Positions 29,327 through 41,174 of a stretch of DNA of 64,000 nt are shown here, piece after piece. This DNA comes from an uncultured virus (IMG/VR IMGVR_UViG_3300030202_002298) (Duplodnaviria > Heunggongvirae > Uroviricota > Caudoviricetes), in the IMG/VR virus record IMGVR_UViG_3300030202_002298, positions 1 through 64,000 of that record; one strand, written 5' to 3'. Position 1 is the first letter of the stretch; every line of letters begins with the position of its first letter. The translations under genes were made by a program, and so were the position numbers. The notes beneath the pieces are model-generated. The model had not been told where the DNA came from. It worked only from the letters and a program-made list of their open reading frames with translations, and did not search any database.

Positions 29327-31055
29327 GTCTCTCTCTTCCATATGTCCATCACTTCCTGTATTGGTATGTTGAATTGTTTCTTGAATCTTTTCTGAACCTG
29401 CCACATGTCATCCTTCTCTATGACAACGCCCGTCCAGAAGTCTTTACTTGGGCCTGAATGAAACCAAGCAACTGGCTTGATTCCCCATGCTCTTATGTGC
29501 TGGCTAATCCACATCATGGGATCAATCGCACAGTCATTTCCGTTAATGATGTATGTATCGGGATGGTCTTGAAAGATCTGCCTAACCATCAAGTGTGTGT
29601 CTCTCCCAATGTAAACATCTAGCTGACCAATTCTAACTCGCCTGGTTGTAGTGCTGGGCATAGTCTTAGTAGGTCATTGAATTGTTCCTTTTGTTGGAAC
29701 TCTTTGTACCACTCCATCAACTTAGGAATCTCCCTGTGCATTTGTAATGCGTCGATGTCTGGGTTGTATGTTAATGTGATCTGTCCTCTCATAACTCCAG
29801 CCAGTAAAGCGTCTTGCTCTTGGCCATTGTCTGTTGCATCACATATCGTATCGTTTATGTAGTCTGTTGCTTTCATATTCTACCACCAACTGCTGTAGTA
29901 AACTGCTTCACCATTAGCGAATGCTTCTCTAGCTTTACTAATGAACTTCAAGTCATCCTCCTTATCTTCATCAATGCTTTCCCCAAAGAAACAACCCTGT
30001 GTTGGAGGTAGACTGTTACTGTTAACATCAGCTTCCAACTTGTCTATGTCTTCACTTGTTAACTCTAGGTTTGAACAGTTGAAGTCACTGTCCTCCCCCC
30101 CTTTCTCGAAGTATAACTTATGCATCCAACCTTGGAGGTTAGCGTGTTTACGCCAGTAACTTATCTGGTCAGAAACAAATATCTCATCTGCATCTGATAC
30201 ACTTGGATCAAAGTCTACTGGTTTATCTACTGCTCTCTTGTCTACCTTGTATGCGTACTGATCTAGTCCCATGTTAAACCTTTACTTGTATTGTGCATGG
30301 CATGAGGTCGTGTATTTCCATGTTGGTTTCCAGTGAGTACATACTATGCCTCTCCTTGTGGAACCCTTCCTTTGGCTTACACTTCTCAGCTAACTCAAGT
30401 GCATCACTACACTCATACTCCTCGAACAGATCAGCGAGCCTACCTATAAGCTCATCCTGTTTGTCCTTGGGTATGGCATCACTCTTTACCTTAACCTCAA
30501 ACGATTCCTCGAACTGATTAGGTAGAGATGGATCTATGTCTGCCAGTGCTGCTAAGTCTACCTTGCGATAGCTGTTCATCATAATGATCTTACCATGCAC
30601 TGCATCCCATGTGCCTGTTACTCCTTGCTTACCAGACCAATGCTTGTAGTGCATATCAGGTACGCCTTCCTTAATCATCTTGGATGTTGAGTCGTACTGT
30701 TTCCATGCTGGTTTTAATTCAGCTAACAATTTCATGCTATCAACAAGCTCGGCATCCTCAACTACGGGATACTTACTTGTCTTCTTGATTGCTGCTGTTC
30801 CACTTTTCTTTATTCTGTTTAGTGCTGCTATACTCATCCTATTATTTCCTCTATGTCTTTTGTTTCCCAATGTATAAGAAAGATTTTATCTGGAGTTGGC
30901 GTGGTGTGGTACCAACCGTCATATCCAACAGTCATTTCTCTAGCCCACTCACCACGAAACCAATCTTCACCTTCACCTAACTTTATACTCGATGGTTCAG
31001 GCTTCCACATGGTTATGTCATCTGAAAAGTTAATACCAAACCATGTTCGCTTCAC
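29323..31055 (-). other. Cluster of hypothetical early genes
   Basis: ORFs 29323..29661, 29619..29876, 29880..30272 (MGLDQY...YWRK...YYSSWW, a common phage family), 30274..~30837, 30834..31055. Confidence 0.6.
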
Positions 31056-31474
31056 CTTACGTTTACCTTTCTATACTCTACCTTTGCTACTCCTCTTAGC
31101 CTGTACTCAGGTAACATCTCTCCCTTGTACTCAACTAGGTTTGTGCCTACTAACTTACCCATTAGGTGCGGTGTAACATCTAGCTTCCGTCCCTTCCTAT
31201 ATAGTGAGAACGATGGCCCTCGATCTAGCACAACACCCAACACTCTATTAGTGCCATGCTTTAGTTCGAGCCATGTCCCGAATGGATAATCTAAACTGGC
31301 GATGTATGGTTTATCTGGATCAAACTCTTGACCGCTTGCCATAAGATCACCTTTCTTGTAGCTGTCACCTTCTCCGTAATAACTACACTCAGTTGTCTTG
31401 AATCCCTTGTCTCGACTGCTCGCCCAGATCAGAGGGACTATCACTATCATTAGTATTAGTTTCTTCATCGTCAA
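31052..31474 (-). CDS. RlpA-like double-psi beta-barrel (lytic transglycosylase-like) protein with N-terminal signal
   Basis: SYYG...MASGQEFD...ASLDYPFGT...VVLDRGP...RKLDVT. Confidence 0.75.
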   Translation of the reverse strand: MTMKKLILMIVIVPLIWASSRDKGFKTTECSYYGEGDSYKKGDLMASGQEFDPDKPYIASLDYPFGTWLELKHGTNRVLGVVLDRGPSFSLYRKGRKLDVTPHLMGKLVGTNLVEYKGEMLPEYRLRGVAKVEYRKVNVR

Positions 31475-31654
31475 AATATGTGGTCATGCATTGTGTTAGA
31501 TGCCACTCGTTTGTTGCTGCATATATAACTTGCCCATCATTGTATACCCCCACCCTTGGATAGAACTCACTGAGTATCCGCATCATAACTGAATACAATG
31601 CGTAATCTCTTCCGTGTTTAATCAGGTTAATGAGATAGATTTTAATACATTGAA

Positions 31655-32122
31655 TCATTCTCCTATGGTGTCTGGCATTATTGTGAAACTTTTCTCCTCA
31701 AAGGCTACGATCAGATGTGTCTTACATTTATCTAGCATCCTTTGAATCTCTGATACCTGAACTGTATCCGCTCCATCATCACCGCCCCATGTTGCACGTT
31801 TAAGTTCCCACCAATCATTGAACTCATCTACCTTTGGGTTACATCCCTCGGCGTATGCAATCGGATGAGTATGGCTGACACCGTTCCGGTCTGTTCCTCC
31901 TCCCGTCATAAAGTAAACACCCTGATCTCCAACAATAATAAGCGTTGGGGTTGTTGATGCTTTCTCTTTTAACTCATTCATTGATGGTAGATCGAAGCCG
32001 TTATACCAATCACCTGTATCTCTAGGGTACTTGATTGAATAATCTATAACTGCTTGCACCTCCTCCTTCTTAAACTTGAGGATGTCCGGCTCCGTGTACT
32101 CTCCTCTTATTTCATCTTCCAT
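31655..32122 (-). CDS. DUF3085-like protein
   Basis: IVGDQGVYFM...AYAEGCNP...WW...TWGGDDG. Confidence 0.75.
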   Translation of the reverse strand: MEDEIRGEYTEPDILKFKKEEVQAVIDYSIKYPRDTGDWYNGFDLPSMNELKEKASTTPTLIIVGDQGVYFMTGGGTDRNGVSHTHPIAYAEGCNPKVDEFNDWWELKRATWGGDDGADTVQVSEIQRMLDKCKTHLIVAFEEKSFTIMPDTIGE

Positions 32123-32520
32123 ACTCTAGTAGTCCTCCTTACTTCTGATAATGGTTTAGGTTTGAAATATATATCACGCTCAACAGGTAGTCCTAACTTA
32201 CCTCTTAACTTCCACAGCATATCCAAGCTGAAGTAGCCCAGCTCTGCCTCGATCCCCTCCACCAATCCAAAGAACTGATCTTCACCATCAAACTCTGTGG
32301 CGTACCAAGTCCAGTTGGAATCAGGTGTGAAATACTTAACCCATACTACGGGATCAGTTACTTCTTCCTGACTATATATAGGTGGAAGTTTCCTTCTTTC
32401 CTTATCAGGTAGTAGATCAAACTTTGTTGGTGCTTTACCTGTCTTTATTGTTCGTCGAAGTTCTGCTATGGCCAAAGCCTTTTCGACATTCGTTAATACT
32501 TCCTTCATCTCTTCACTCAT
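32107..32520 (-). CDS. DUF2958-like protein
   Basis: VKYFTPDSNWTWYATE...FFGLVEG.EAELGYFSL...LGLPVERDIYF. Confidence 0.8.
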   Translation of the reverse strand: MSEEMKEVLTNVEKALAIAELRRTIKTGKAPTKFDLLPDKERRKLPPIYSQEEVTDPVVWVKYFTPDSNWTWYATEFDGEDQFFGLVEGIEAELGYFSLDMLWKLRGKLGLPVERDIYFKPKPLSEVRRTTRVWKMK

Positions 32521-32522
32521 AA

Positions 32523-34535
32523 TTAATTTACCTTTGTTGCTATCTTTCTTAGGAAGGATGTCATCACTCCGATAGATGAAGTAATACCTCCAAGTACAAC
32601 ATTGTTACCTTCGCCATACATCTTCGCTCCTTCCTCCTTTGTGTATGCGTTTGCTATACCTATGCCATACACATCTATCTTGTAGATTGAACGACAGAAG
32701 CTAGTGGTATCAGCAACATGATTTATAGCAGCGTCACCACTGTAATGATGGGCGTGAGGCTCACCATCACTTATAACAAACACGATTCGGTTATCATAAT
32801 ATGGGTAGTCATTCATTAATTTCTTACTAACTTCCTCGATTGCATACCCGTCATAGTTAGCACCCCTATCTCTTATAGCTGGGATACGAACAGTGTCATC
32901 TCTTTGCTGGCTTAGGTACTCATGTATAACTACGCAGCATTCGTTCTTCGTTTTCTTTTTAGAAGGGACAGACTTGATTAGTTTTTCACCATGATTGTTT
33001 TCCCAATCAGCATAGTGTGTGTATATATCAAGACTAATACCTTTAATCTGCTTGAGTGCTTCAGACATAATCACACACACCTTATTAGCTGAGTCCATGC
33101 GAGTGACAGGAGCTTTGTAAGTACTACCCCCAGACTTGTCATAGTTTCCCATCGACCCTGACCTATCAACTAACAGTGCTACCGCAATCTTCTTACCCGA
33201 TATGACTTGCTGCTTCTCAAAGACAGATGGGTTGTCCGTATTGAATGATAACTTATACAAGGACGCAGGATCTAAGTGTCCACTCTTCTGACCGCGAACA
33301 TAACTGCGAGGATCATTGTTAAGGAAGTCTAAGCTATTAACTATTGCCTTGATTGAATCCTTATTATCACTGACCACTTGCTTGTACTTGTTAGACAACT
33401 TAGTAGCTGCTGCTTTCTTTGCAGGTGTAGACAAATCAAACTCATCTTCAACCACCCACTCAACACAAGACGGTGGCTCACCAGCATCAGGTATAGTAGG
33501 AAGCACCAGCTCAGACACATTAGTTGGAGTATCATCCTCACCTGACTTCATCTCATCTCCAAACAAGTGAGCATCAGCCTGACTAGGTAACGGATCACCC
33601 TCACCTTTGTCTTCACTGTTCTCACCTTCGCCTTCGCCCTCATCACTTCCACCTTCAGTCTCACACTCACCTTCCTCTTCTGGTACAGGATTGATAGGAG
33701 TATGTGCATCACCCTCTTCCTCCTCTTCCTCTACCTCGAACAGATCGTTGATGGTTTTCTCTAACAACTGTGCATCTTCAAACCTTTCCCTTGGTTTACC
33801 TGACAGCATGATCTCAGCCGCTTCATTCATTATCTGTTTCATCCTGCCATCATCCATGAATCTGGCATCTATAGGATTAAGTAGATTGTATGCTGTTGTT
33901 ATCGTTGCTGACCTTGCATCTAGCTCAGTTAAGTTGTCCATGTACTCATCATTGACCGTAGTTGAATAGTCACGGTGAGCATCGAAGAAACCTGTGAAGC
34001 CAGACCAGTTATCCAGTACATCCTTACGAGCTACTGCTTGCTCCATAGCTTCCCAGATATACTTAGCTTTACTACGCTCCCTGTTGAATGGCTTCGCCTG
34101 TTTAGCTGCCCTAGGATGAACTGTTCTCTTCATGGTTGAGGCTATCATTGCTAACCCCGACATGATGTCAGTTGCTTCACCAGTTGATTCAGTGTTAGTG
34201 AATATATCTGCTGGCATATATACGGTATCTGACTCGACATCATTAACCGCACCGACTGTTGCAAACCCCAGCTTCAGTGACCTCTCGCCACTAACACTGT
34301 TGTCCAGTACGTTAAGGTTCTTGGCTACAGTTCTCTTGAGCCTATCCTTTTCTACTGTTGATTCATCTGCCTTAGCTACAGATGTCCAACCTCCATACCC
34401 ACCACCATAAGAACCACGCGAGCTACCCCAGTTATCTAGGTAATCAGAAAGGCTAGTGCCATCCCTTCTACTCTCGTATCTACGTTCTTCTGCTGCTGCT
34501 TCATCTACTCTTATTTCCCACAATGGTTTACTCAT
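32523..34535 (-). CDS. CobT-like VWA-domain protein
   Basis: MIDAS motif LVDRSGSM, ISDGEP, acidic linker, GHLDPASLYK; likely start ATG 34535 with SD AGGAG. Confidence 0.85.
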   Translation of the reverse strand: MSKPLWEIRVDEAAAEERRYESRRDGTSLSDYLDNWGSSRGSYGGGYGGWTSVAKADESTVEKDRLKRTVAKNLNVLDNSVSGERSLKLGFATVGAVNDVESDTVYMPADIFTNTESTGEATDIMSGLAMIASTMKRTVHPRAAKQAKPFNRERSKAKYIWEAMEQAVARKDVLDNWSGFTGFFDAHRDYSTTVNDEYMDNLTELDARSATITTAYNLLNPIDARFMDDGRMKQIMNEAAEIMLSGKPRERFEDAQLLEKTINDLFEVEEEEEEGDAHTPINPVPEEEGECETEGGSDEGEGEGENSEDKGEGDPLPSQADAHLFGDEMKSGEDDTPTNVSELVLPTIPDAGEPPSCVEWVVEDEFDLSTPAKKAAATKLSNKYKQVVSDNKDSIKAIVNSLDFLNNDPRSYVRGQKSGHLDPASLYKLSFNTDNPSVFEKQQVISGKKIAVALLVDRSGSMGNYDKSGGSTYKAPVTRMDSANKVCVIMSEALKQIKGISLDIYTHYADWENNHGEKLIKSVPSKKKTKNECCVVIHEYLSQQRDDTVRIPAIRDRGANYDGYAIEEVSKKLMNDYPYYDNRIVFVISDGEPHAHHYSGDAAINHVADTTSFCRSIYKIDVYGIGIANAYTKEEGAKMYGEGNNVVLGGITSSIGVMTSFLRKIATKVN

Positions 34536-34663
34536 AAATATACTCCTATTAAATACCCTGCAATCAGGGCGATCAGGCAAAGGAATCCTGTTTCCATTAC
34601 CCAGAATTGTCTCTGAGCTTTCTGCCAGTCGGCTATGAACTTTTCTGATTCTTTAAATGTCAT
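34532..34663 (-). CDS. 43-aa protein with C-terminal transmembrane helix (not in ORF track)
   Basis: MTFKESEKFIADWQKAQRQFWVMETGFLCLIALIAGYLIGVYL; its stop overlaps the VWA start (ATGA). Confidence 0.6.
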   Translation of the reverse strand: MTFKESEKFIADWQKAQRQFWVMETGFLCLIALIAGYLIGVYL

Positions 34664-34671
34664 GGTATTAA

Positions 34672-36057
34672 TTACATTAAACTTACACCTGCAAATAATG
34701 TCAGTGCCTTACTCCTATCTGACTCAGGGCCATCAGCATCGAAGTGATTAAGAATGGTATGCTCGATTGCATCCTTGCCTAACTCGGGCCATAGGAAGCA
34801 ACACTCTTCAGCCTGTCTGTATGTGATCGGCTTGTCATACGAACCAGTACCAACTACGCCACACTTGGATTGCACCTGCTTGACCACCCTAGATAAGTTC
34901 TTAGCGAAGTCTTGATCCACTCCTGTCCTACTCACTAATACCTTAGTCATGTTCGCCTCAGTCAATGGCTGGAAGATTGCTCGTATCTTGAATCGAGATA
35001 GCAATGACTCACACATTCTGAATGTACCTTGGTATTGTGTACCGATGTTAGCTGTCGCAATGAACACAGTGTCTATGCCTATGCGTACCTCACCTAGTTG
35101 ATCAATGTGTGTCCGTCTGTCTTGCAACAGTTCAAGCAATGGATTCTGAATGGAGGGATCAAGACGGTTCAACTCCTCTAACCGTACAACTACACCACCC
35201 ATACTGATAGCCTTCACGAATGCACTATGCTCAAAGAATGTCTTACCATCCCTAGCTTGCATGGTACCGAACCATTGCTGTGCCTCTCGTACAGTTGAAC
35301 AGTTGATCGAGAAGAACTTGCGATTGGTTGCCGCTGCGAATTGCTCTGCTGCCTTGGACTTACCCGATGACGGATCACCTTGAGCTAACACACACGACAT
35401 CCCCCTAATGCTTGCTGCATTGTTAACAGCCTTCCATAACTTCTTATGTTCCTTGCTTACAATGAAGTCACGGTCAACCTCTGGTACTGGTGGACTAAAC
35501 TCACCCATCTCAACAGTCGATGCGGTACTCACTGCTGATTCTAATGTCTTAACACGGGCATTAAGATTGTTCACATGATTCTCCATGTCATCGTATTGCT
35601 GCTTCGCTGCCTCGATACGGAAGTCATTGACCACCTCATGTGGGGCAGACATAAACCGCATAGGATCTGTAAGTACCTGCTCTTTGGTTAATAAAGGAGG
35701 AGGCACAAACACACCGTTACTTTTCATACGATTAGCAGGTGCTACCTCTGCCTCTTCCTCTTCTTGAGGTTCATCTTCGTATGGAGTGAGGTCACTAGTA
35801 GTGATGAAGGTTGCCAGCTTATTGGCTTGCTCTGATATCTCTTTAGACATGGAGACGGAAATGTCAGCGTCGATTGATTTATCTATAGCCCACTCAACCC
35901 AACCGCTGATCGTCTTGAATGTACTTGTCGTGTTATGGTTTATAGACTTCAAGATACATTGCTCTGCCATCTTGTTTATCTTTGCATCACCACTCGTAAT
36001 ACAAACTAACACTGTCTTTAACATACTGCTTACGTCTTGCTTTGTTTCTGTACTCAT
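34672..36057 (-). CDS. MoxR/CobS-like AAA+ ATPase
   Basis: Walker A GDPSSGKS, Walker B VRLEELNR, ATAN sensor, SLLSRF arginine finger. Confidence 0.88.
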   Translation of the reverse strand: MSTETKQDVSSMLKTVLVCITSGDAKINKMAEQCILKSINHNTTSTFKTISGWVEWAIDKSIDADISVSMSKEISEQANKLATFITTSDLTPYEDEPQEEEEAEVAPANRMKSNGVFVPPPLLTKEQVLTDPMRFMSAPHEVVNDFRIEAAKQQYDDMENHVNNLNARVKTLESAVSTASTVEMGEFSPPVPEVDRDFIVSKEHKKLWKAVNNAASIRGMSCVLAQGDPSSGKSKAAEQFAAATNRKFFSINCSTVREAQQWFGTMQARDGKTFFEHSAFVKAISMGGVVVRLEELNRLDPSIQNPLLELLQDRRTHIDQLGEVRIGIDTVFIATANIGTQYQGTFRMCESLLSRFKIRAIFQPLTEANMTKVLVSRTGVDQDFAKNLSRVVKQVQSKCGVVGTGSYDKPITYRQAEECCFLWPELGKDAIEHTILNHFDADGPESDRSKALTLFAGVSLM

Positions 36058-36530
36058 CTTTATTTATACTGCCTGTAGTTGCTTTCTTAATAATGCCATC
36101 GGACTATCTTCATCCTCTGACTTGACGGTAGGGACAGGCTTACCCTTACCTTTTCTGAACTTGAACTTGGTAGGAGTCTGACAACTGTGACCCCAGTACC
36201 CTTTGTTACCTGATTTCAATGCACGATAACCTGTCTTCTTGATGAACCCGTACTCTCTCAGCTCTTTCTCTGCTGCATCATCGAACCCATCACTTGTTAT
36301 CCAACACCAATCACCATCTTTCTCTATTGCTATACCCTTATTACTTGCCCACTCTATGCAAGTATCTTGACTAACAGGGTTGCGTTTCAGCCATCGCTTT
36401 TTCTTCGTACCACTCATGTCTTCTCTCTTGTATTGTTAACCTATCCTTACTACTACCCTTCCTTCTCCTTGGATTAGAGCAACACACACACTTAGGCTTC
36501 TCGCCTCTATACCTGACTAGCATCTGTATA

Positions 36531-36540
36531 TTAGTGTCAC
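36531..36540 (-). promoter_or_regulatory. Conserved motif copy 6
   Basis: Exact TTAGTGTCAC; ATG at 36523 just downstream. Confidence 0.6.
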
Positions 36541-38275
36541 AGTGTGAAGGATGGTATTCTGCGACCTCAAACCTGGGCCGCCATCTCTTGCGTGTAGTTC
36601 TTGCCATGCTTTCTGTATCTTTTGTTGTACTTTTTCTTCACTGATCTTACGTCTGATGGAGACATTGATTTCCTATGCCAACTACCTTTACCATCGAAGC
36701 AATCTCTCTCTGATCCGTCCTTACATGGTATCCTTGGACTCACCACGCTTTTTCCTCCGATAAAGTGTATAGATCGCTAATACTGGAACGAATTTCATCC
36801 CGGTACAGAGCCTTACCACTAAACTCTTTAAGTTGTTCTATGACTTCTTCGTGTTTGTATGTGCCTTTAGGGAGTCGCGCTATATCATATACTTGATCTA
36901 TGAATTCCTGATCTTTCATACTCATCCTTCTATTGCTGGTGTTGGTTGATAATCCAGAAGCGAGCCATCTATTTTCTCAATAAACTTTATCGCTTCACCT
37001 ACTGTCTCTATACTTAATATTGCTTGCACCTTAATGATGCTCTCATAATCACCTTCATTTTGTTTCTCCAAGGAATCTAACATCTTCCTATGTTCCTTAT
37101 ACTTCTTGAGCTTATCACCCTTCAGATTAATCTTACTCGGCTCCGTGTCCCATCTATAGGAAGTGATTCTATCATCTGCATTAATAGGCTTACACGCACT
37201 CTCCAACAACTGAACATTCAGCTCGTTTATCTCTGCACACTTCTGCTTTATCTGATTCTTTATCTTGTCTGCCCCAATGGATTCCTCATAACGACATTGT
37301 GCTGACTTAGTTTCTATATCAGTCTTATTATTTGCTAGTGTTCGCTTTTCCCTACCTATATCTACCAGTACATCTGATAACTTATTCTTCTCTGATGGGG
37401 TTAGTTTTCTCTCTTGGTTTGTATCTTTTATTATGTCTAACATTTATTTACCTTTCTGTTTTGTTGTTACTTGTTTGCTATCTCTCTTCATCTTCTCGAA
37501 CCACCAATCTGCTACCTCTGGTGATGCCTTTGCCCTTCCATCTCTACGGTTAGGCTTAACTCTTATCAGTGTTTGTTGTGTCATAATCATGATCCCGATC
37601 CCGCATATTCCCCAGAATATCTACTAATAGGAAACGGGATGCCTACGATCCAGCCTTGCCCACAACCATCGCTTCCTACTAAGTATGCCCACGGACACAG
37701 CGACTTGATCCACTTGTCAGCCTTATATCTAGACTCCATGTCTGCCTCAATCCAATCGCCTTCCTTCCATTGGTTCTCCAGATTCCAGTAGTACGGTAGA
37801 TAGTAGAGAGTAAACCCACTATCACCCTCAACGTCATACACAGTCGTATACTTACCTATCTCCTTGAGTACACTGAACTGTGCTTCATGGGACAACTTGC
37901 CATCGTATAGGTTGCCCTCAAACGTAATAACTAGCTTGTTCACATTAACCTCCCGTTACCTACCAGCACATTGCGTAGACAAGACCCTTGCCCTTTGCGT
38001 TTACTGTGTGATTGGTAGTGTTCATACGATTCCTCGGACATGATCTGTATTTCTCCCGCTGTCTTGTGCGAGTAGATCATAGCCCCTTTTCTCCTGCATT
38101 CCTGCCTAGGTTTAACTACCTTTGGCACATACACTCCATGCTTCATAACATCCTTTCTCCTGATATGGTTGGTGATAAAAAATACAGGGCCATCATCAAT
38201 GCGATAGCCCCGTACACAACTAGAGTGAGGACAATAAGCCCCACATTCTTTAATGTTTTCATGTCATTACCTTTT

Positions 38276-38285
38276 TTAGTGTCAC
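38276..38285 (-). promoter_or_regulatory. Conserved motif copy 7
   Basis: Exact TTAGTGTCAC; ATG 38262 is 14 nt downstream. Confidence 0.65.
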
Positions 38286-40286
38286 ATATCCCACCCATTA
38301 ATAGTAGAGAATTTATGATAGAAATACCTAGCTTCTGCACTATCTATCACATATTCCTGTAACAGCATGGCGATCCAGAAACGCATTGCTACCTTGCGTC
38401 CTCCACCTACAGCCTTGCCTTCTGTCCTTGCCTCTGAGCTAGGAACAATACTCTCCATCCATACCAATTCATCACGGTCTTCTGGATCTAGTACAGCCCA
38501 TGTATCAAAGGTATATTGATCAGGTAACTGTCGTTTCACCTCGTTATTACTACACTTCTTAGCCAATGAGTTGATCCCCACTGGCAATGGTCTACGCATT
38601 ACTTCTGTCTGTATCATTTGGTTCCTTTCACTTTTCTATAATCTTCCATCAATCTTGCCGTATCTTTAGCTATTTGTTCTATCTCTCTCTCTTTAAACCA
38701 ACACCACACATAATGGTGAACTGTATATGCTATACTGTATATTGATATTGCTACCAATCCACACATGACAATGATGCCTATATTTAAAGCTAATAACTGA
38801 ATTATATTATCCATTTTATTATTATCCTTTCTATTTGATTAAGAATTAATTAATTGCATTAACATAGATGCTTTTTGTTCTTTGTTTAAAGATGGCATCA
38901 TTTCCCCTAATATTGCCAAGCTATCAACTGGCTTCATAGGTGGAATACTTGCTATAGCTTCCTTCCTAGCTTTGACCAGTGATTTCTTTGTGGGCCTTGC
39001 GTATGTTGGTGCTTCCATGTTTCTTTTCTTGGTACGAAGGCAACTGCTTACAATTTCACCTGTCTTTTTGTTAGTTGTTACATCTAAGTTTACCTGATTG
39101 TTTTGCTCGAATATGTCTTTGATTCTTGCCTCAACTGCTTTGTGTGCTTTGACACTTTCTTCCTTCCAAGCTTTATGTTTCTTGGAGTAGAATTCTTTAT
39201 TCTTTGCTAATCTTACAAGTTTTCCTGATTTATATTCTAAAACAAGTTTACCGTTTGACTCTCTTGCCCACTTCTTCTGATTTAAGTTACAGTATGTCAT
39301 CCAAGACATTGCAGGTGTATCACCACTGTCTTTAATTGCTACTTCCTTATTGCTGATTGTTTCTTTAATAAGGCCACCGTTTTTAACACTAGGAACTACT
39401 TTTTTATTTGTCATAATATACTTTCTTTTTGCTACTCTGTTTTTATTCAGCCTTGTAACTGACAATTAATTCAACTGTAGAATAATTGGGAACATTAACA
39501 GTGCGGTATAGTGTCATTGACTCATATTCATCGAATACTGCTATACCACAAAAGTATCTGTTATTAAGGGGATTGGATGCTGTCACTGTTTGTCGTGCCT
39601 CCTCTCCGGCTCCTCGCCTCAAAGTGTAACCCTATCATCTTCTGATGTTGCTAGTTATCTTCAGCCATTCTCATGCCTATTCTCATGCCCCACTATGTAC
39701 AGCCCTCAGCTTCCATATAGATCTCACACTCGTGAACCGTCTATATTACCCTGAATTCAACTTCTGATTATTTGCTTCATGTATTAAGTTTATTTGATAA
39801 ACAAGGGATGTCATCCAACCCTACAAGATAATCTCTTCTCGAAGTATCTACTGCTAACTAAGTTAAAGATTACGATTGCATATGATTACCTTAATCACTC
39901 GCTCTCACACTTCCATTGCCTAGGTTAGTTAATGCAATGGTTTCTTGTCGCATGGTACTTTGATTGCCTGTCGCATTGGTTCGCTTGTTAACTATTTCAA
40001 GAATAGAAGATTTAGGACTTGAGGAGGGGCATATTATACCGGCCCGTATTTTCTCGCACGACTTACTCGAACTCGCAGTATGTTGGCTGCAAGGTATGTC
40101 AAAGAGCATTAAGTTAACTCTTACACCTATACCTATTGAGTTGTGACCCTATATCAATAGTGTGACACCCCATGTGTGAGATCGAGGGGCGGGGGTGAGG
40201 GGGGAAAGCTTTTTGTCGCGACTCACTATATACATGTCTCTTCTCAACTTTCTGGCATTTTTCAGATTTCGATTTATGCTTTTTGA

Positions 40287-40619
40287 GTGAGGCTTTTTGG
40301 ATTCAAGATTTGTAGATACCAGGAGTGGTTGACTGTAATTAAAATTGAGTTTGGCAGGGTTACTCTTCGTGACAAAATTAAGCTGTTCGTTACAATGATC
40401 CGATCAATCAAGTGGAGTCGTGATAAGACGTTTAGGAGAAAGTATAGGAGTTGTTATCGCTGTCCTTTGTACCATCGGGATTTACGGCGTTGTCGCCCTT
40501 ATAATGACAGTCCTGCTGGGTGTGGGTGCTATATGCCATTTAAGATCTCGCTTGGTGGAGGGTGTTGGATCAATGAAACTTTTCCAGAAGAGGATTTAGG
40601 TTGGAAAAAAAGAAACTAG
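40287..40619 (+). CDS. Cys-rich small protein (zinc-binding)
   Basis: CYRCP...C...CGCYMPFK...GCW. Confidence 0.6.
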   Translation: MRLFGFKICRYQEWLTVIKIEFGRVTLRDKIKLFVTMIRSIKWSRDKTFRRKYRSCYRCPLYHRDLRRCRPYNDSPAGCGCYMPFKISLGGGCWINETFPEEDLGWKKRN

Positions 40620-40837
40620 AACCGCATTACTATGTATTCGTCTTGGAATTGAATGGCGAGTTTTATGAATGTGGTGCTAGGTGTAGTTCTGAGGAGGATG
40701 GTTTTAATATGAGGATACTAACCAACAGTACATTACCAGAGGAAGAGATCCCTGAGACTGTGGTTGAGGTGATTGATGGGTGGATTGAGGATACTAAGAG
40801 TGCTTATCACCAGAAGTATTTGATGACGCTACCTTAA
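40601..40837 (+). CDS. Acidic hypothetical protein
   Basis: 78 aa, overlaps the previous plus-strand gene. Confidence 0.5.
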   Translation: MEKKKLEPHYYVFVLELNGEFYECGARCSSEEDGFNMRILTNSTLPEEEIPETVVEVIDGWIEDTKSAYHQKYLMTLP

Positions 40838-41160
40838 GTTCTCTTAGCATAGGTATTTCTTTATATAATTTGTTAATGGTATATTCGGCAGCTGATAGAG
40901 TGACATAAAACTTTTCAACTAAGGCTGTCCCGTCATCGACAAATACCTTTTTGTATGAGATCTCGGGAGGCTTCTCCGGTACTTCTATGCCATGGCAGAA
41001 TTTTCGAGGTTTACAGTTACATCTACAGTTTTTCATTAATCTTTTTTGCCTGATATATGGCGTTTTTTAGTATGCGAATACATTCTATTTGAGTTGTTTG
41101 CCTTAAAGCAGTCTCCAGGTTCTTGATTAGATCAGACATAAGCCTCCATCTTTATCATTT

Positions 41161-41170
41161 TTAGTGTCAC
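41161..41170 (-). promoter_or_regulatory. Conserved motif copy 8
   Basis: Exact TTAGTGTCAC; a small gene (ATG 41139, SD GGAGG) lies 22 nt downstream. Confidence 0.65.
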
Positions 41171-41174
41171 AAGG

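Larger units (their letters stand above)
36064..39465 (-). other. Cluster of small early genes (hypothetical, several membrane-anchored)
   Basis: ORFs 36064..36417, 36740..36925, 36922..37443, 37587..37943, 37940..38146, 38143..38262, 38282..38617, 38614..38814, 38839..~39415. Confidence 0.6.

Noticed and set aside
40219..40230. CGACTCACTATA, identical to the T7 promoter core
   Set aside because: Single copy, lacks the upstream TAATA and the GGG start, and no T7-like RNAP is seen; likely coincidence.
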